Assembly (NCBI GenBank): GCA_902534495.1
Contig: CACAQC010000001.1
Span: forward strand, 13,174 to 77,173
DNA length: 64,000 nucleotides
Origin: an uncultured Candidatus Actinomarina sp.
Lineage (GTDB): Bacteria > Actinomycetota > Acidimicrobiia > Actinomarinales > Actinomarinaceae
Direction of reading: 5' to 3'
The translations under genes and the position numbers were made by a program. Every line of letters begins with the position of its first letter. Positions within the stretch are counted from its first letter, which is position 1. Of this stretch, positions 1 to 9,352 are shown one piece after another. Under the pieces are notes generated by a model. It worked only from the letters and a program-made list of their open reading frames with translations. It had not been told where the DNA came from and ran no database searches.

Positions 1-28
1 TAATTTTTGAACGCTTAATATTAGATAT

Positions 29-316
29 ATGGAACAAGAAGATAGTTTTGTAGAATCTGTCGAAAGTTTAATTGAGACTATTAAGAGATTAGTTGTTAAA
101 CCTATAAAAAGGGTTGCTGGATTTGCATCTATGGGCTTTATGTTAGTTGTTTTACTGTTAATGGCTCTAGGGTTTCTTATTATTGGGATAATAAAAATTA
201 TGCAAGGGCTGGGGTTGCTTCTTGGAATTAATCCAACTGGCTTTGCTTTTGCCTCAATAGGACTACTCTTTCTAATTATGTCTTTGAGAAATTATTGGAG
301 AAAAAATAGTGGATGA
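29..316 (+). CDS. Small membrane protein, two predicted TM helices, unknown function
   Basis: 95-aa ORF with two hydrophobic stretches; overlaps trxB start; TAATAT 7 nt upstream of ATG. Confidence 0.7.
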   Translation: MEQEDSFVESVESLIETIKRLVVKPIKRVAGFASMGFMLVVLLLMALGFLIIGIIKIMQGLGLLLGINPTGFAFASIGLLFLIMSLRNYWRKNSG

Positions 317-1223
317 TATAGCAATTATAGGTTCTGGACCCGCAGGATATACTGCAGGAATTTACGCCGGAAGAGCAAGCCTGTCTCCGGTGCTTTTTGA
401 GGGTTTAGAATCTGGAGGTCAATTAATGTTAACCACAGATGTCGAAAATTATCCAGGTTTCGTTGATGGCATTATGGGTCCTGAATTAATGCAAGTTTTT
501 AAAGGACAGGCTGAAAGATTCGGAACACAAATTAAAACAGAAACAATTGATTCCATAGAAAAATTAGATAATGGCTTTAAGCTAACAAGTTCCAAAGGAG
601 AATACTTGTTCAAATCAGTAATTATCGCTTCAGGGGCATCAGCAAGATGGCTTGGTGTAGAGGGTGAAGAAGAATTACAAGGATACGGTGTTTCTGCGTG
701 CGCAACTTGTGATGGTTTTTTCTTTAAGGAGAAGACAGTTGCAGTTGTTGGTGGCGGTGATTCTGCAATGGAAGAGGCTTTGTTTTTAACAAAGTTCGCT
801 GCAAAAGTTTACGTAATACATAGAAGAGACCAATTTAGAGCTAGCCAAATAATGCAAGACAGAGTACTAAATCACGAACAAATAGAAGTTATTTGGAACA
901 AAACTGTTGAAAAGATTAATGGAGATGGAAGTGTTTCATCGATTGAGTTGAAAGATGTAGAAAACGAATCAATAAATGAACTAGAGCTTGATGGAGTATT
1001 TGTTGCTATAGGACATGATCCAAATGTAAAATTTTTAGACGGCCTTTTAGAGCTTGATGAAAAAGGTTACATAAAAACTGGGTTCACAACAGAAACAAGT
1101 ACTTCCGTTCCTGGTGTATTTGCAGCTGGTGATGTAGCAGATTCTTTGTATAGACAAGCAATAACTGCTGCTGGAACCGGATGTCAAGCAGCCATGGATG
1201 TTGAGAGATGGCTTGACCACTAA
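309..1223 (+). CDS. trxB: Thioredoxin-disulfide reductase
   Basis: GSGPAG FAD motif, CATCDG redox pair, GGGDSA NADPH motif, TSVPGVFAAGD. Confidence 0.97.
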   Translation: MDDIAIIGSGPAGYTAGIYAGRASLSPVLFEGLESGGQLMLTTDVENYPGFVDGIMGPELMQVFKGQAERFGTQIKTETIDSIEKLDNGFKLTSSKGEYLFKSVIIASGASARWLGVEGEEELQGYGVSACATCDGFFFKEKTVAVVGGGDSAMEEALFLTKFAAKVYVIHRRDQFRASQIMQDRVLNHEQIEVIWNKTVEKINGDGSVSSIELKDVENESINELELDGVFVAIGHDPNVKFLDGLLELDEKGYIKTGFTTETSTSVPGVFAAGDVADSLYRQAITAAGTGCQAAMDVERWLDH

Positions 1224-2148
1224 TTTAAATTTTACAAAATACTTACAAGAACTTTCAACAGAAGAGTTAGATGACTTAACCACAAAACTTAACTCCTGTG
1301 GTTACTCTGTGTCTAAAAATATTGAAGAGTTAATTAATTTTGTGGAGTTGTTTATAGAAGATCATAACCTTGCAAAAAATATTTCAAAAGAGCATTTGTG
1401 GCTTGAATTACTAAATAACGGTTATGTTTTAGGTGATAGGATTCTTTTTTTATCAAACCCTGTTATTTATGGTTCTGATGTAGAAGAGCTTCAGGAGTAT
1501 CTTTCTAGATTAGGTTTTTACTCTGAACCAATCAACTCCACTTTTGATAGCAATGTAAGTAAATCCGTTAGGTTATTTCAAGAAAATCGAGGGTTGTCTG
1601 TCGATGGTACAGTAGGCCTAGAGACTGCAGGTGAAATTCGAAGGTTACTAAGGCCTACTATGAAAACCTCTTTAAATGAAGCTGTAAAAAGCTTTAAGGG
1701 GCGTACTAGTAATTTTTCAATATGTTTTGACATAGAAAATAGGGGAGATTACAAGGAACAACTTGGGTTATACCAAAAAATTAAAGATTTTTGTAATGAA
1801 AACAATTTGAGTGTAGCTTTTTCTTCAGAAATTACACAAAATACAAACGAAGAAAACTCTATTGAATACGTCAACAAAGTTAATCCAACTTTGTTTTTGA
1901 GCTTAAGAGATTCTACAGATCCGAAAGTAATTTTTTTTCAAGGCAAACATTCATCAAGCTTAATTGGAGAAAGGATATCAAAAAAAATTCAATCCACTAT
2001 GGGTTTTGTTTCGGAAGGCAGGTCCTTAACTATTTTAAAAAACACTAAGCCAGTAGCTTTAGTAATATTTGGTAAAATTTACCAATATAATATTACTGAT
2101 TTACTTAATAATATTCTTGATGAAATAATGGAAATTTATAAAGATTAA
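1198..2148 (+). CDS. CwlM-like peptidoglycan-binding protein with degenerate amidase_3 domain (start may be TTG 1213)
   Basis: GSDVEELQEYLSRLGF...FQENRGLSVDGTVG PG_binding_1 repeat; LGDRIL motif; position between trxB and parB as for actinobacterial cwlM. Confidence 0.7.
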   Translation: MLRDGLTTNLNFTKYLQELSTEELDDLTTKLNSCGYSVSKNIEELINFVELFIEDHNLAKNISKEHLWLELLNNGYVLGDRILFLSNPVIYGSDVEELQEYLSRLGFYSEPINSTFDSNVSKSVRLFQENRGLSVDGTVGLETAGEIRRLLRPTMKTSLNEAVKSFKGRTSNFSICFDIENRGDYKEQLGLYQKIKDFCNENNLSVAFSSEITQNTNEENSIEYVNKVNPTLFLSLRDSTDPKVIFFQGKHSSSLIGERISKKIQSTMGFVSEGRSLTILKNTKPVALVIFGKIYQYNITDLLNNILDEIMEIYKD

Positions 2149-2939
2149 GATATTTTTTTTATAAAAGAATCAAGGTCTTCTTTTGAGTTTAATGTAAAAC
2201 TTATTTTTGTTTTGTTTTTGTTTTTTTTAAATAAAACCTTTGTTCCAAGGAAATCTTCTAATAATTTTTTATAGTGGATAGATTCTTCATCTGCCTTAGC
2301 ACTATTAAGTTGGCGAACTTTTTCCTCGACATCTCTACTAGAAAGGTTTAGTGATATTATATCTTCCAGTATTTTGTCTTGAACGCTGTGATCCAAAACA
2401 ATAATTGGTTTTATTTGACCAAAGGAGACATCTTCATTATTCAAAGCTTTCTGTGCGTTCGAGCTTAAGTTTGAAACTCTGAGCATATTAGAAATATGAG
2501 GTCTACTTTTGCCAACAAAAAAACCTATTTCATCATTTGAAAGTTCGAAGTTTTCCTTTAAATTTTTATAAGCTAAAGCTTCTTCAATTGAACTTAATTT
2601 GCTTCTTTGAATATTCTCAACTATTCCAAGAACCGCTGCATCTCTTTTGCTGACATCCTTTATTAGACAGGGTACTGATTCTAATTTAAGCATTTTAGAA
2701 GCTCTCAATCTTCTCTCGCCAGCAATTAATTCATACCGATTATTTTCGAGCTTTTGAACTATAAGTGGTTGGAGTATTCCGTTTTTAGATATTGAATCTC
2801 TCAATTCCTCTAATTTTGTTTGGTCGAACTTTTTCCGTGCTTGTGTTGGACTTTCCTTTATAAACGCAGTATCTACGTTCTTTATTACAAGATCTTTTGT
2901 ATCGCTATTGTTTATTAAATCGCTTAAAGAACGTTTCAT
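2145..2939 (-). CDS. parB: Chromosome partitioning protein ParB
   Basis: GILQPLIV, LIAGERRLRA box, ENIQR, HTH GKSRPHISNMLR. Confidence 0.95.
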   Translation of the reverse strand: MKRSLSDLINNSDTKDLVIKNVDTAFIKESPTQARKKFDQTKLEELRDSISKNGILQPLIVQKLENNRYELIAGERRLRASKMLKLESVPCLIKDVSKRDAAVLGIVENIQRSKLSSIEEALAYKNLKENFELSNDEIGFFVGKSRPHISNMLRVSNLSSNAQKALNNEDVSFGQIKPIIVLDHSVQDKILEDIISLNLSSRDVEEKVRQLNSAKADEESIHYKKLLEDFLGTKVLFKKNKNKTKISFTLNSKEDLDSFIKKIS

Positions 2940-3691
2940 AACCCTACTTTTTCAAAAATTTCATTAGAAAGCTCAATAAATTCGAGTTTTGCTTTGCTGT
3001 TTTCGTTGAAATCAAGCACGGTCTTAGCATAGAAGGGGCTGTCAGCTATTTCAGTCAATTGAGAAATTTTTGAATTAAAAAGCTTGTCAGCCAGCAAAAA
3101 CTTAAGTTCATTTTCAAAGGATTGAAAACTTGATCTTCTAGTGTCTACTTGGTTTAAAACCACACCTAAAAATATGGGGTCAGCTTTGGTAACGTTGTTT
3201 ATTGTTTCGTTTGCAAAATCCATTGCTTGAGAAACTCCTTCAACTGCTAAAAATTCAGGTTTTGATGGAATTAGGTAGTAATCACTTATTGTCAAAGACT
3301 CTTGTGTTAAAGAACTTATTGTTGGTGGCGTATCAATTAAAACTAAATCAAAACCCTTTTCAATTAAGAAGTTTTTATGTTTAAATAATTTTGAGCCACC
3401 GATAATTTTTTCACTGCTGTGCTTAATTATTGACTTGTTCGAAGGAATTAAATAAAGGTTTTCTGAAACTTTCGTAATTTCTTTATCTAGCCTATTTTCA
3501 AATAAGTCTGTTGCGCTGAGAACCGCTTTGGAATTTTTGTCAAAATTTAAATATGTCGATACATTCCCTTGAGGGTCAGTATCAATTAAAAGGGTTTTGT
3601 AACCTTTGTGTGAAAGTAATTTTCCTAGATTTACAACAAAAGTTGTTTTACCAACACCTCCTTTTTGGCACAATACTGTAAGAATCTTCAC
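2936..3691 (-). CDS. parA: Chromosome partitioning ATPase ParA/Soj
   Basis: KGGVGKTT deviant Walker A, IDTDPQGN, IDTPP. Confidence 0.95.
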   Translation of the reverse strand: MKILTVLCQKGGVGKTTFVVNLGKLLSHKGYKTLLIDTDPQGNVSTYLNFDKNSKAVLSATDLFENRLDKEITKVSENLYLIPSNKSIIKHSSEKIIGGSKLFKHKNFLIEKGFDLVLIDTPPTISSLTQESLTISDYYLIPSKPEFLAVEGVSQAMDFANETINNVTKADPIFLGVVLNQVDTRRSSFQSFENELKFLLADKLFNSKISQLTEIADSPFYAKTVLDFNENSKAKLEFIELSNEIFEKVGL

Positions 3692-4284
3692 CTAACATTT
3701 ATAACATCAATATGTCTAATGTTTGTTGAATTAATGGTGAATTTTTCCTGTTTCACGTGAAACATCTCTTTTTGTTCATTTAGCTCTTCCCCGTTTGAGG
3801 AAACAATATATGTTACGTTTTCAAGTTGTTTTAAGTTCTTCAAAACATCTTTAGATGATATAAAACAACGAGAAATGTAGGTGTTATTGCTTTTTAAAAC
3901 TAAATTAGCATTTCCATTGAAAATTTCGACATTTTCTAAATTAAGTATTTTTTTTAGTCTTTGAAGTTCAAAAACTCTACTTTCACTGATATCAACAAGT
4001 GTAAATAATTTGTTTTGATTAGTTATAGCAACAGGAACTCCAGGGATTCCCCCACCAGTACCTAAATCATAAATATTTTGTTCTTTGGTTTTAATATTGT
4101 TTAAAATTTTTCCAAAATACAATGAATGAACTATAAATTCGTCCCATATAAATTGTGAAGACTTTCTGCTTATTAAACCTGTATTTATGCCAGTGGTGCA
4201 TAACCAATCATGGTAATATTTGAGTTTCTCGGTGTAACTTTTGTACTCGTCACCCCAATTTGGAATTTGGGGCTCAAAGGTCAT
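3688..4284 (-). CDS. rsmG: 16S rRNA m7G527 methyltransferase RsmG (GidB), divergent
   Basis: DLGTGGGIPG SAM motif, GLIS and HSL motifs, synteny upstream of parA. Confidence 0.85.
   Translation of the reverse strand: MTFEPQIPNWGDEYKSYTEKLKYYHDWLCTTGINTGLISRKSSQFIWDEFIVHSLYFGKILNNIKTKEQNIYDLGTGGGIPGVPVAITNQNKLFTLVDISESRVFELQRLKKILNLENVEIFNGNANLVLKSNNTYISRCFISSKDVLKNLKQLENVTYIVSSNGEELNEQKEMFHVKQEKFTINSTNIRHIDVINVR
3749..3764. promoter_or_regulatory. parS centromere-like site
   Basis: Perfect 16-bp palindrome TGTTTCACGTGAAACA, the consensus parS, just upstream of parA and inside rsmG. Confidence 0.95.
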
Positions 4285-5024
4285 TCTTCTTCTTCAGGAG
4301 CAAAAACAACAGATCTGTATGGCTCTCTTCCTTCAGAGTAGGATCTAATTCCATCAAAAGTAGCTGCTGCATCGTGGAGCGTTTTTCTATCAACTGAATT
4401 CATTGGCTCTAACATAACCTCTTGTTTGTCTTCTAAAATTTGTTTACTAAGCCTTTCTGCATATATTGTTAGTGCCTCTTTGCGTTTAGTTGCATATTCA
4501 GCAACATCAAGTCTAAGCCTTGTTCCAGCACCTGTTTTTCTCTGTACAACAGTTCTTGTAAGTTCGTGTAAAGACCTAATAATAAATCCTTTGTCACCAA
4601 CTAATGCTTCTGTTTGTTGGCCTGTTATTTTAACAACCAGATTTTCGTCTTCTATTAATCCTTCTACACTTCCTTCAAGCCCAAAGGATTTAACAAGTCC
4701 CTCTAAAAAATTCATAGAAACTTTTAATTGTTCATCTTTATCGGCCTCGATACGTGGTTTTTTAGGAGTGTACTGTCTCTTATTTCCATTTTTACTACCT
4801 GAATTTCTTTTGTTTTTACTGTTATAGTTTCTTGATCCTCCATTTCTTACAGAAATTCGAACAAGGGCTTTGGTTCCACCAACCCCAAAAACGCCTCCTT
4901 CTGGTTCTCTTAAAATATTTATATTTGCTTGTGTTGCATCTTGTAGGTTTAGTTCTTTCAATCCAGCTTTTATTGCATCGTCTATGGATTTTGCTTCAAC
5001 CTCAACCCATTTATTATTAGCCAC
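4281..5024 (-). CDS. jag: Jag/KhpB (EloR) RNA-binding protein with Jag_N, KH and R3H domains
   Basis: AKSIDDAIKAG Jag_N, LVGDKG KH, PMNSVDRKTLH R3H, SEGREPYR. Confidence 0.93.
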   Translation of the reverse strand: MANNKWVEVEAKSIDDAIKAGLKELNLQDATQANINILREPEGGVFGVGGTKALVRISVRNGGSRNYNSKNKRNSGSKNGNKRQYTPKKPRIEADKDEQLKVSMNFLEGLVKSFGLEGSVEGLIEDENLVVKITGQQTEALVGDKGFIIRSLHELTRTVVQRKTGAGTRLRLDVAEYATKRKEALTIYAERLSKQILEDKQEVMLEPMNSVDRKTLHDAAATFDGIRSYSEGREPYRSVVFAPEEEE

Positions 5025-5836
5025 TACTTTCTCCTTCTTTTTTTGCGGTTTTTACGAGAATCTTCTTGAACAGGCTTTTGTTGCTTTTCCTCGTTTTCTT
5101 CGTTCCTTTGTTCTTTTTTATTAGTTTCTTTATCATCAAGTTTTACGATTAAGGCTTGTTGACCAATTCGAAATATATTTCCTGTTAGAAAATAAACAAC
5201 AAGGCCTGTTGGTAAAGTCCAAGATATAAATCCAAAAAATATAGGCATGACTTTTCCTATCATTTGCATTTGTTGCGCCTGAGGATTGTCGTTTTTGTTG
5301 GATTTCTTTTGTATTTGTGTGGTTTGATACAGCGCAGTAACAACAACCAATAAAATTAATACTAAATAGGGGATTCTCTCCACCCACTCTAAAACCTCTG
5401 AAGGAGAAATTTGAAGATCCATATTGAAAAACTTAAGGTTAGTACTTACCGAAAGGCTGTTAGAAAGGTTTGAAGAATCTGGTATAAACCTTTGTGGGTT
5501 TTGCAATACTCTAAACAATGCAAACCAAATTGGCATTTGTACTAAAAGTGGAAGAATACAGCCAAGGGGGTTAATTCCTTTTTCTTTGTACATTGCAGCC
5601 ATTGCCTTGTTGAGCTCTTCTTTGTTGTCTTTATGTTGTTTTTGAAGTTTCTTAATATCTGACTGAGCGTCTTGCATTCTCTTAGTAGATCTTGTCTGAC
5701 GTAGCGTCAGTGGAAAGATAATTACATTAATTATGATTGTTAATATGACTATGGAATAACCATATGAAGTTGTGTAATCATAAACATATGAGAGCAGAAG
5801 CCCAATTCCGAGTGCAAATGGTTCTAATATTGCCAA
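5024..5836 (-). CDS. yidC: Membrane protein insertase YidC
   Basis: GINPLGCILPLLVQMPIW, LPTGLVVYF; synteny. Confidence 0.95.
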   Translation of the reverse strand: MAILEPFALGIGLLLSYVYDYTTSYGYSIVILTIIINVIIFPLTLRQTRSTKRMQDAQSDIKKLQKQHKDNKEELNKAMAAMYKEKGINPLGCILPLLVQMPIWFALFRVLQNPQRFIPDSSNLSNSLSVSTNLKFFNMDLQISPSEVLEWVERIPYLVLILLVVVTALYQTTQIQKKSNKNDNPQAQQMQMIGKVMPIFFGFISWTLPTGLVVYFLTGNIFRIGQQALIVKLDDKETNKKEQRNEENEEKQQKPVQEDSRKNRKKRRRK

Positions 5837-6039
5837 ATTTTACCAAATTTCTTATATATAGGGTTACAAGTAATAATTCTTTGAAGAATGACAGGTATGG
5901 TCTTTAATAATCCGTTTTTTTCAAAACTTTCTACAATAACATTTGTACAGGTTGGATAGTAAAGGCAGTTGCCGGCCCCAAGGCCGAATAATGCAAGCAA
6001 AGATCGTACTCCTTGAAGAAAAAATCCTAATAATTTCAT
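5824..6039 (-). CDS. yidD: Membrane protein insertion efficiency factor YidD
   Basis: CLYYPTC and RIITCNP motifs, between rnpA and yidC. Confidence 0.85.
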   Translation of the reverse strand: MKLLGFFLQGVRSLLALFGLGAGNCLYYPTCTNVIVESFEKNGLLKTIPVILQRIITCNPIYKKFGKIWQY

Positions 6040-6044
6040 TTTTT

Positions 6045-6362
6045 TTAGAGTAAGGGGTGAGACTTCAAAACTTTTAATATTTCAGCTGGTTTTAGGTTTG
6101 ATGAATCTTTATTCCCAACAACTAAAATATCAAAATGTTTATTGTCTGGTAGGCTCCTTACTGCTTCCCTTGTCCTTCTTTTAAACTTATTTCTATTAAC
6201 TGCATTTACATGCTTGCTTGAAATACTTATTCCAAGTCGTGAAGAAAGTGTATTGTTTTCTTTTATAAAAACCTTCAAACCGTCTACGGTTATACAAAAT
6301 TCTTCATTTCTTAGGTTATCAAAATGATTTTTTTTATTTAGCGAACTTAGCTTCACTCTCAC
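6045..6362 (-). CDS. rnpA: Ribonuclease P protein component
   Basis: RLGISISSK and NAVNRNKFKRR (RNR motif); synteny. Confidence 0.92.
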   Translation of the reverse strand: MRVKLSSLNKKNHFDNLRNEEFCITVDGLKVFIKENNTLSSRLGISISSKHVNAVNRNKFKRRTREAVRSLPDNKHFDILVVGNKDSSNLKPAEILKVLKSHPLL

Positions 6363-6365
6363 TAC

Positions 6366-6500
6366 CTAGGCAGATAAAATTTTACGACCTTTTTTCCTTC
6401 TTCTCTTAAGAATTTCGCGCCCGGCTCTTGTGCGCATCCTTGATCTAAAACCGTGTTTTCTGCTTCTTTTTCTGTTACTAGGTTGATATGTTCTTTTCAT
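6366..6500 (-). CDS. rpmH: 50S ribosomal protein L34 (not in ORF track)
   Basis: Manual translation [44 protein letters not shown]. Confidence 0.97.
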   Translation of the reverse strand: MKRTYQPSNRKRSRKHGFRSRMRTRAGREILKRRRKKGRKILSA

Positions 6501-6571
6501 TTAATACCTGTCTGTAAGAATATATGAAGAAATTAATTAAACAAAACAAAATAAATTTTATTTTTAGATTA

Positions 6572-6603
6572 GTTCGCGAAAAAGATCTTTCGTTCGCGAA
6601 AAA
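6572..6603. repeat. Direct repeat GTTCGCGAAAAA x2 (20-bp period), each copy containing palindrome TTCGCGAA
   Basis: Copies at 6572-6583 and 6592-6603 in the rpmH-dnaA divergent intergenic region. Confidence 0.8.
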
Positions 6604-6804
6604 CAGATTAACTAGCTTTAAAAAAGAGCTTTATTTGAGCTGCACTTACTGTATTTATATATCGTTTTAGTCAGTGTTTATTGAAGTTTTTTAAAGTTTT
6701 GAACAAGTTATGAAATTTTAGTTTGTTTTTAGCACTCTATGAAGATGTTGTTTCTGTAGTTAAGTTTGTTACTGGGTATAGGGAGTAAGGAAAGTAATAC
6801 TGTA

Positions 6805-8118
6805 ATGCTTGAAGAGTTTAAAGCTTTACTTGAAAAATCTGTGACTAACAAAACTGATAAATATTGGTTAGAACAGGTTGGGTTTGAAATAAACGATGAA
6901 GACAATCTTTGTATTGTTGTTTCGTCTGATTTTATAAAGTCCTCTATTGAAAAAAAGGTTTATTCAAAAATTAAGTCTGTCTATCAACTCAATTACAACA
7001 AAAAGGCTGACTGTGTGTTTGTTGTTGATAAAAACTTTCAAAATTCAAATTTATATGAAAAGCTAAACGAAGAAGCCACGGTTGTTGAAACACCACAAGA
7101 AGTTGTTATTAATAAACCCTATGATTTATCATATTTTGATGAGCTTTTTATTGGGGGTTGTAACAACCTTGCAATAACAGCGGCTAAAAATATTGTTGTT
7201 TCCCCTGGTAAACGATACAACCCGCTTTTTGTTTATGGTAAACCAGGTGTCGGAAAGACACATCTTTTAAAAACAATTGATGATTCAAGTGAGTCTTCAT
7301 TTTATATTGATTCGGAGTCTTTTCTTGAATCATATATTTCTGGTATAAAAAATAAGGATATTGATAGTTTTAAAAAGAAAATTAGATCTGTAGATATATT
7401 ATTAATCGATGACATACAGTTTTTTGTTGGAAAAAAGGGTGTTTCTGAAGAACTTTTTCATACAATTAACTTTTTTTTGAATAATGCAAAATCAGTTGTT
7501 TTGGCATCAGACCAGAAACCACAAAATCTAAATGGTTTTCCAGATCGTTTGGTTTCAAGAATTCTAAACGGCTTAGTTACAGACATAACAAAGCCTGATA
7601 AAGAAATTTTTTCTGAGGTATTAAAAAAGAGCAATGTTGAGTTTGACGGTCTGTTGTTTTCTAAGAACGAGTTTGAAATGTTGCTTTCGTTGGATTTCCA
7701 AAGCTTCAGAGAGATAAACGGTGTTATAAACAATTTAATTATCAACAAACAAACAGGTGTAAGCAACAACAAATATTTATCTGATCTTGTTTCTTTGTAT
7801 AGTAATAACAAGGTTGTGGAGCTGAGTCCCGAGTTTATTCTAAAATATTGTTCTGAGGTTTACCAGGTTGACGAAAAGCTCGTTCTTTCAAAAAACAGAA
7901 GTGAGCTCGTAAGCAACGCTAGACATTTGTTTGTTTATTTAATGAGAAAACATACAGAGTATTCTTTGAACCAAATAGGTTTATATGCCGGAAACAGATC
8001 TCACTCAACTGTTTTGTCTTCTATAAAGAAAGTGGAGAGCTCGAATTTGTTTAAGAAAGAAGTCAACATTTTCAACAATAAACTAGAAGACAGCTCGTTG
8101 AAGTTTGTTGGTGTTTAA
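6805..8118 (+). CDS. dnaA: Chromosomal replication initiator DnaA (ORF open from 6766; ATG 6805 has an SD-like AAGGAAAG)
   Basis: YNPLFVYGKPGVGKTHLL Walker A, LLIDDIQF Walker B, RLVSR, domain IV RSHSTV. Confidence 0.96.
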   Translation: MLEEFKALLEKSVTNKTDKYWLEQVGFEINDEDNLCIVVSSDFIKSSIEKKVYSKIKSVYQLNYNKKADCVFVVDKNFQNSNLYEKLNEEATVVETPQEVVINKPYDLSYFDELFIGGCNNLAITAAKNIVVSPGKRYNPLFVYGKPGVGKTHLLKTIDDSSESSFYIDSESFLESYISGIKNKDIDSFKKKIRSVDILLIDDIQFFVGKKGVSEELFHTINFFLNNAKSVVLASDQKPQNLNGFPDRLVSRILNGLVTDITKPDKEIFSEVLKKSNVEFDGLLFSKNEFEMLLSLDFQSFREINGVINNLIINKQTGVSNNKYLSDLVSLYSNNKVVELSPEFILKYCSEVYQVDEKLVLSKNRSELVSNARHLFVYLMRKHTEYSLNQIGLYAGNRSHSTVLSSIKKVESSNLFKKEVNIFNNKLEDSSLKFVGV

Positions 8119-8227
8119 AGTGTTGAAAACTACTAATGTGTTTTTAAAGCTTTGTAGGGTGTTTTTATGTTTTTAAACATATCGAACAGCTTTATTATTG
8201 TTATATATATAAAAGAACAAGGAGTTC
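8119..8227. other. Putative oriC / DNA unwinding element in the dnaA-dnaN intergenic region
   Basis: Position; tandem DnaA-box-like 9-mers TTTTAAACA and TATCGAACA (8171-8188), GCTT spacer, trio-like TAT TAT TGT TAT and AT run; TGTTGAAAA at 8121. Confidence 0.7.
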
Positions 8228-9349
8228 TTGTTGAAGTTTAAAACAACAACCAAAACTATCAAAGATCACGTCTTAACGGTGTCTAAAGCTGTTGATATTA
8301 AGCCCTCTACTCCGGCACTACAAGGTCTTTATATAAAAATTAATAAAAATAACTGCGAACTAACGGGGTCTGATTTGGACTTGGTTATAAAAGCCCGTTT
8401 TGAGGTTGAGTCAATAGTTGATGGAGAGTGCCTTGTTAACTCAAGAATATTTTCAGAAGTTGTGAGAAAGCTGCCTTCAGGAGAGGTTGTTTTTTCTGAC
8501 ATAGGGAACGAGATCAAAGTGGAAACAAAAAAAACAGAATATAGACTAAGAAAACTGGACCACCTAACCTATCCCAAAACACTACTAGAACAACAACACG
8601 ACACCACTAAAAGTAAACAGCTTAAAACAACAAACCTTTTTGACGCGCTTAAAAAAGTTGGCGTAGCAGCTTCTCCAGAGGGTGGAAAACCAATACTTAC
8701 CGGTGTATTTTTTGACAACGAAGACAACCAAACAAACCTTGTTTCAACAGATAGCTACAGACTTGCTACAAATGTTGTTTTTGACATCCCTATATCCGAT
8801 GCAGGAATTGTTTCGTATAGGTCCTTAAGTGAAACCATAAAAATATTTGAAGACAGTGAAGAGGAAATAAACATCAACTCAACAGAGAGAGAACTACACT
8901 TTTACAACAAAAGATACTATACGTCAGTAAGAAAACTAGAAGGAACATTTCCTGAGTATAAGATGTTGTTTCCCAAAGAAAACCTTTTTTCAATAGAAGT
9001 TGATAAAAAGTCTATATTAGAGTCATTAGATCGATCAACAGTTGTTGCGGAAGGTTTTATACCCGTAACACTTAAAGTAGTAGACAACAACACTCTTAAT
9101 ATCTCTTCTACTAATAAAGATATTGGTGGTGGTAACGAAGTTGTAGACATAAAGTTATTAGGGCTTGAAATAGGAGATATATCTGGCTTTGAAATATCGT
9201 TTAATCCAAACTATTTGATTCAAGGAATTGAGGTTTTAGAAGGAAATAAAGCCTATCTAAGGTTTTCTGGAAACGACAAACCAGCCGTGATTCAAGGTGA
9301 AGAAGAGCACTATAAATATTTACTAATGCCTGTTAGAACGAACCAGTAA
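8228..9349 (+). CDS. dnaN: DNA polymerase III beta sliding clamp
   Basis: GSDLD, STDSYRLA, EGTFPEY, FNPNYL, LLMPVR. Confidence 0.97.
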   Translation: MLKFKTTTKTIKDHVLTVSKAVDIKPSTPALQGLYIKINKNNCELTGSDLDLVIKARFEVESIVDGECLVNSRIFSEVVRKLPSGEVVFSDIGNEIKVETKKTEYRLRKLDHLTYPKTLLEQQHDTTKSKQLKTTNLFDALKKVGVAASPEGGKPILTGVFFDNEDNQTNLVSTDSYRLATNVVFDIPISDAGIVSYRSLSETIKIFEDSEEEININSTERELHFYNKRYYTSVRKLEGTFPEYKMLFPKENLFSIEVDKKSILESLDRSTVVAEGFIPVTLKVVDNNTLNISSTNKDIGGGNEVVDIKLLGLEIGDISGFEISFNPNYLIQGIEVLEGNKAYLRFSGNDKPAVIQGEEEHYKYLLMPVRTNQ

Positions 9350-9352
9350 AAA

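Noticed and set aside
6577-6592. CGAAAAAGATCTTTCG as a LexA SOS box
   Set aside because: Does not fit the GAAC-N4-GTTC core or spacing
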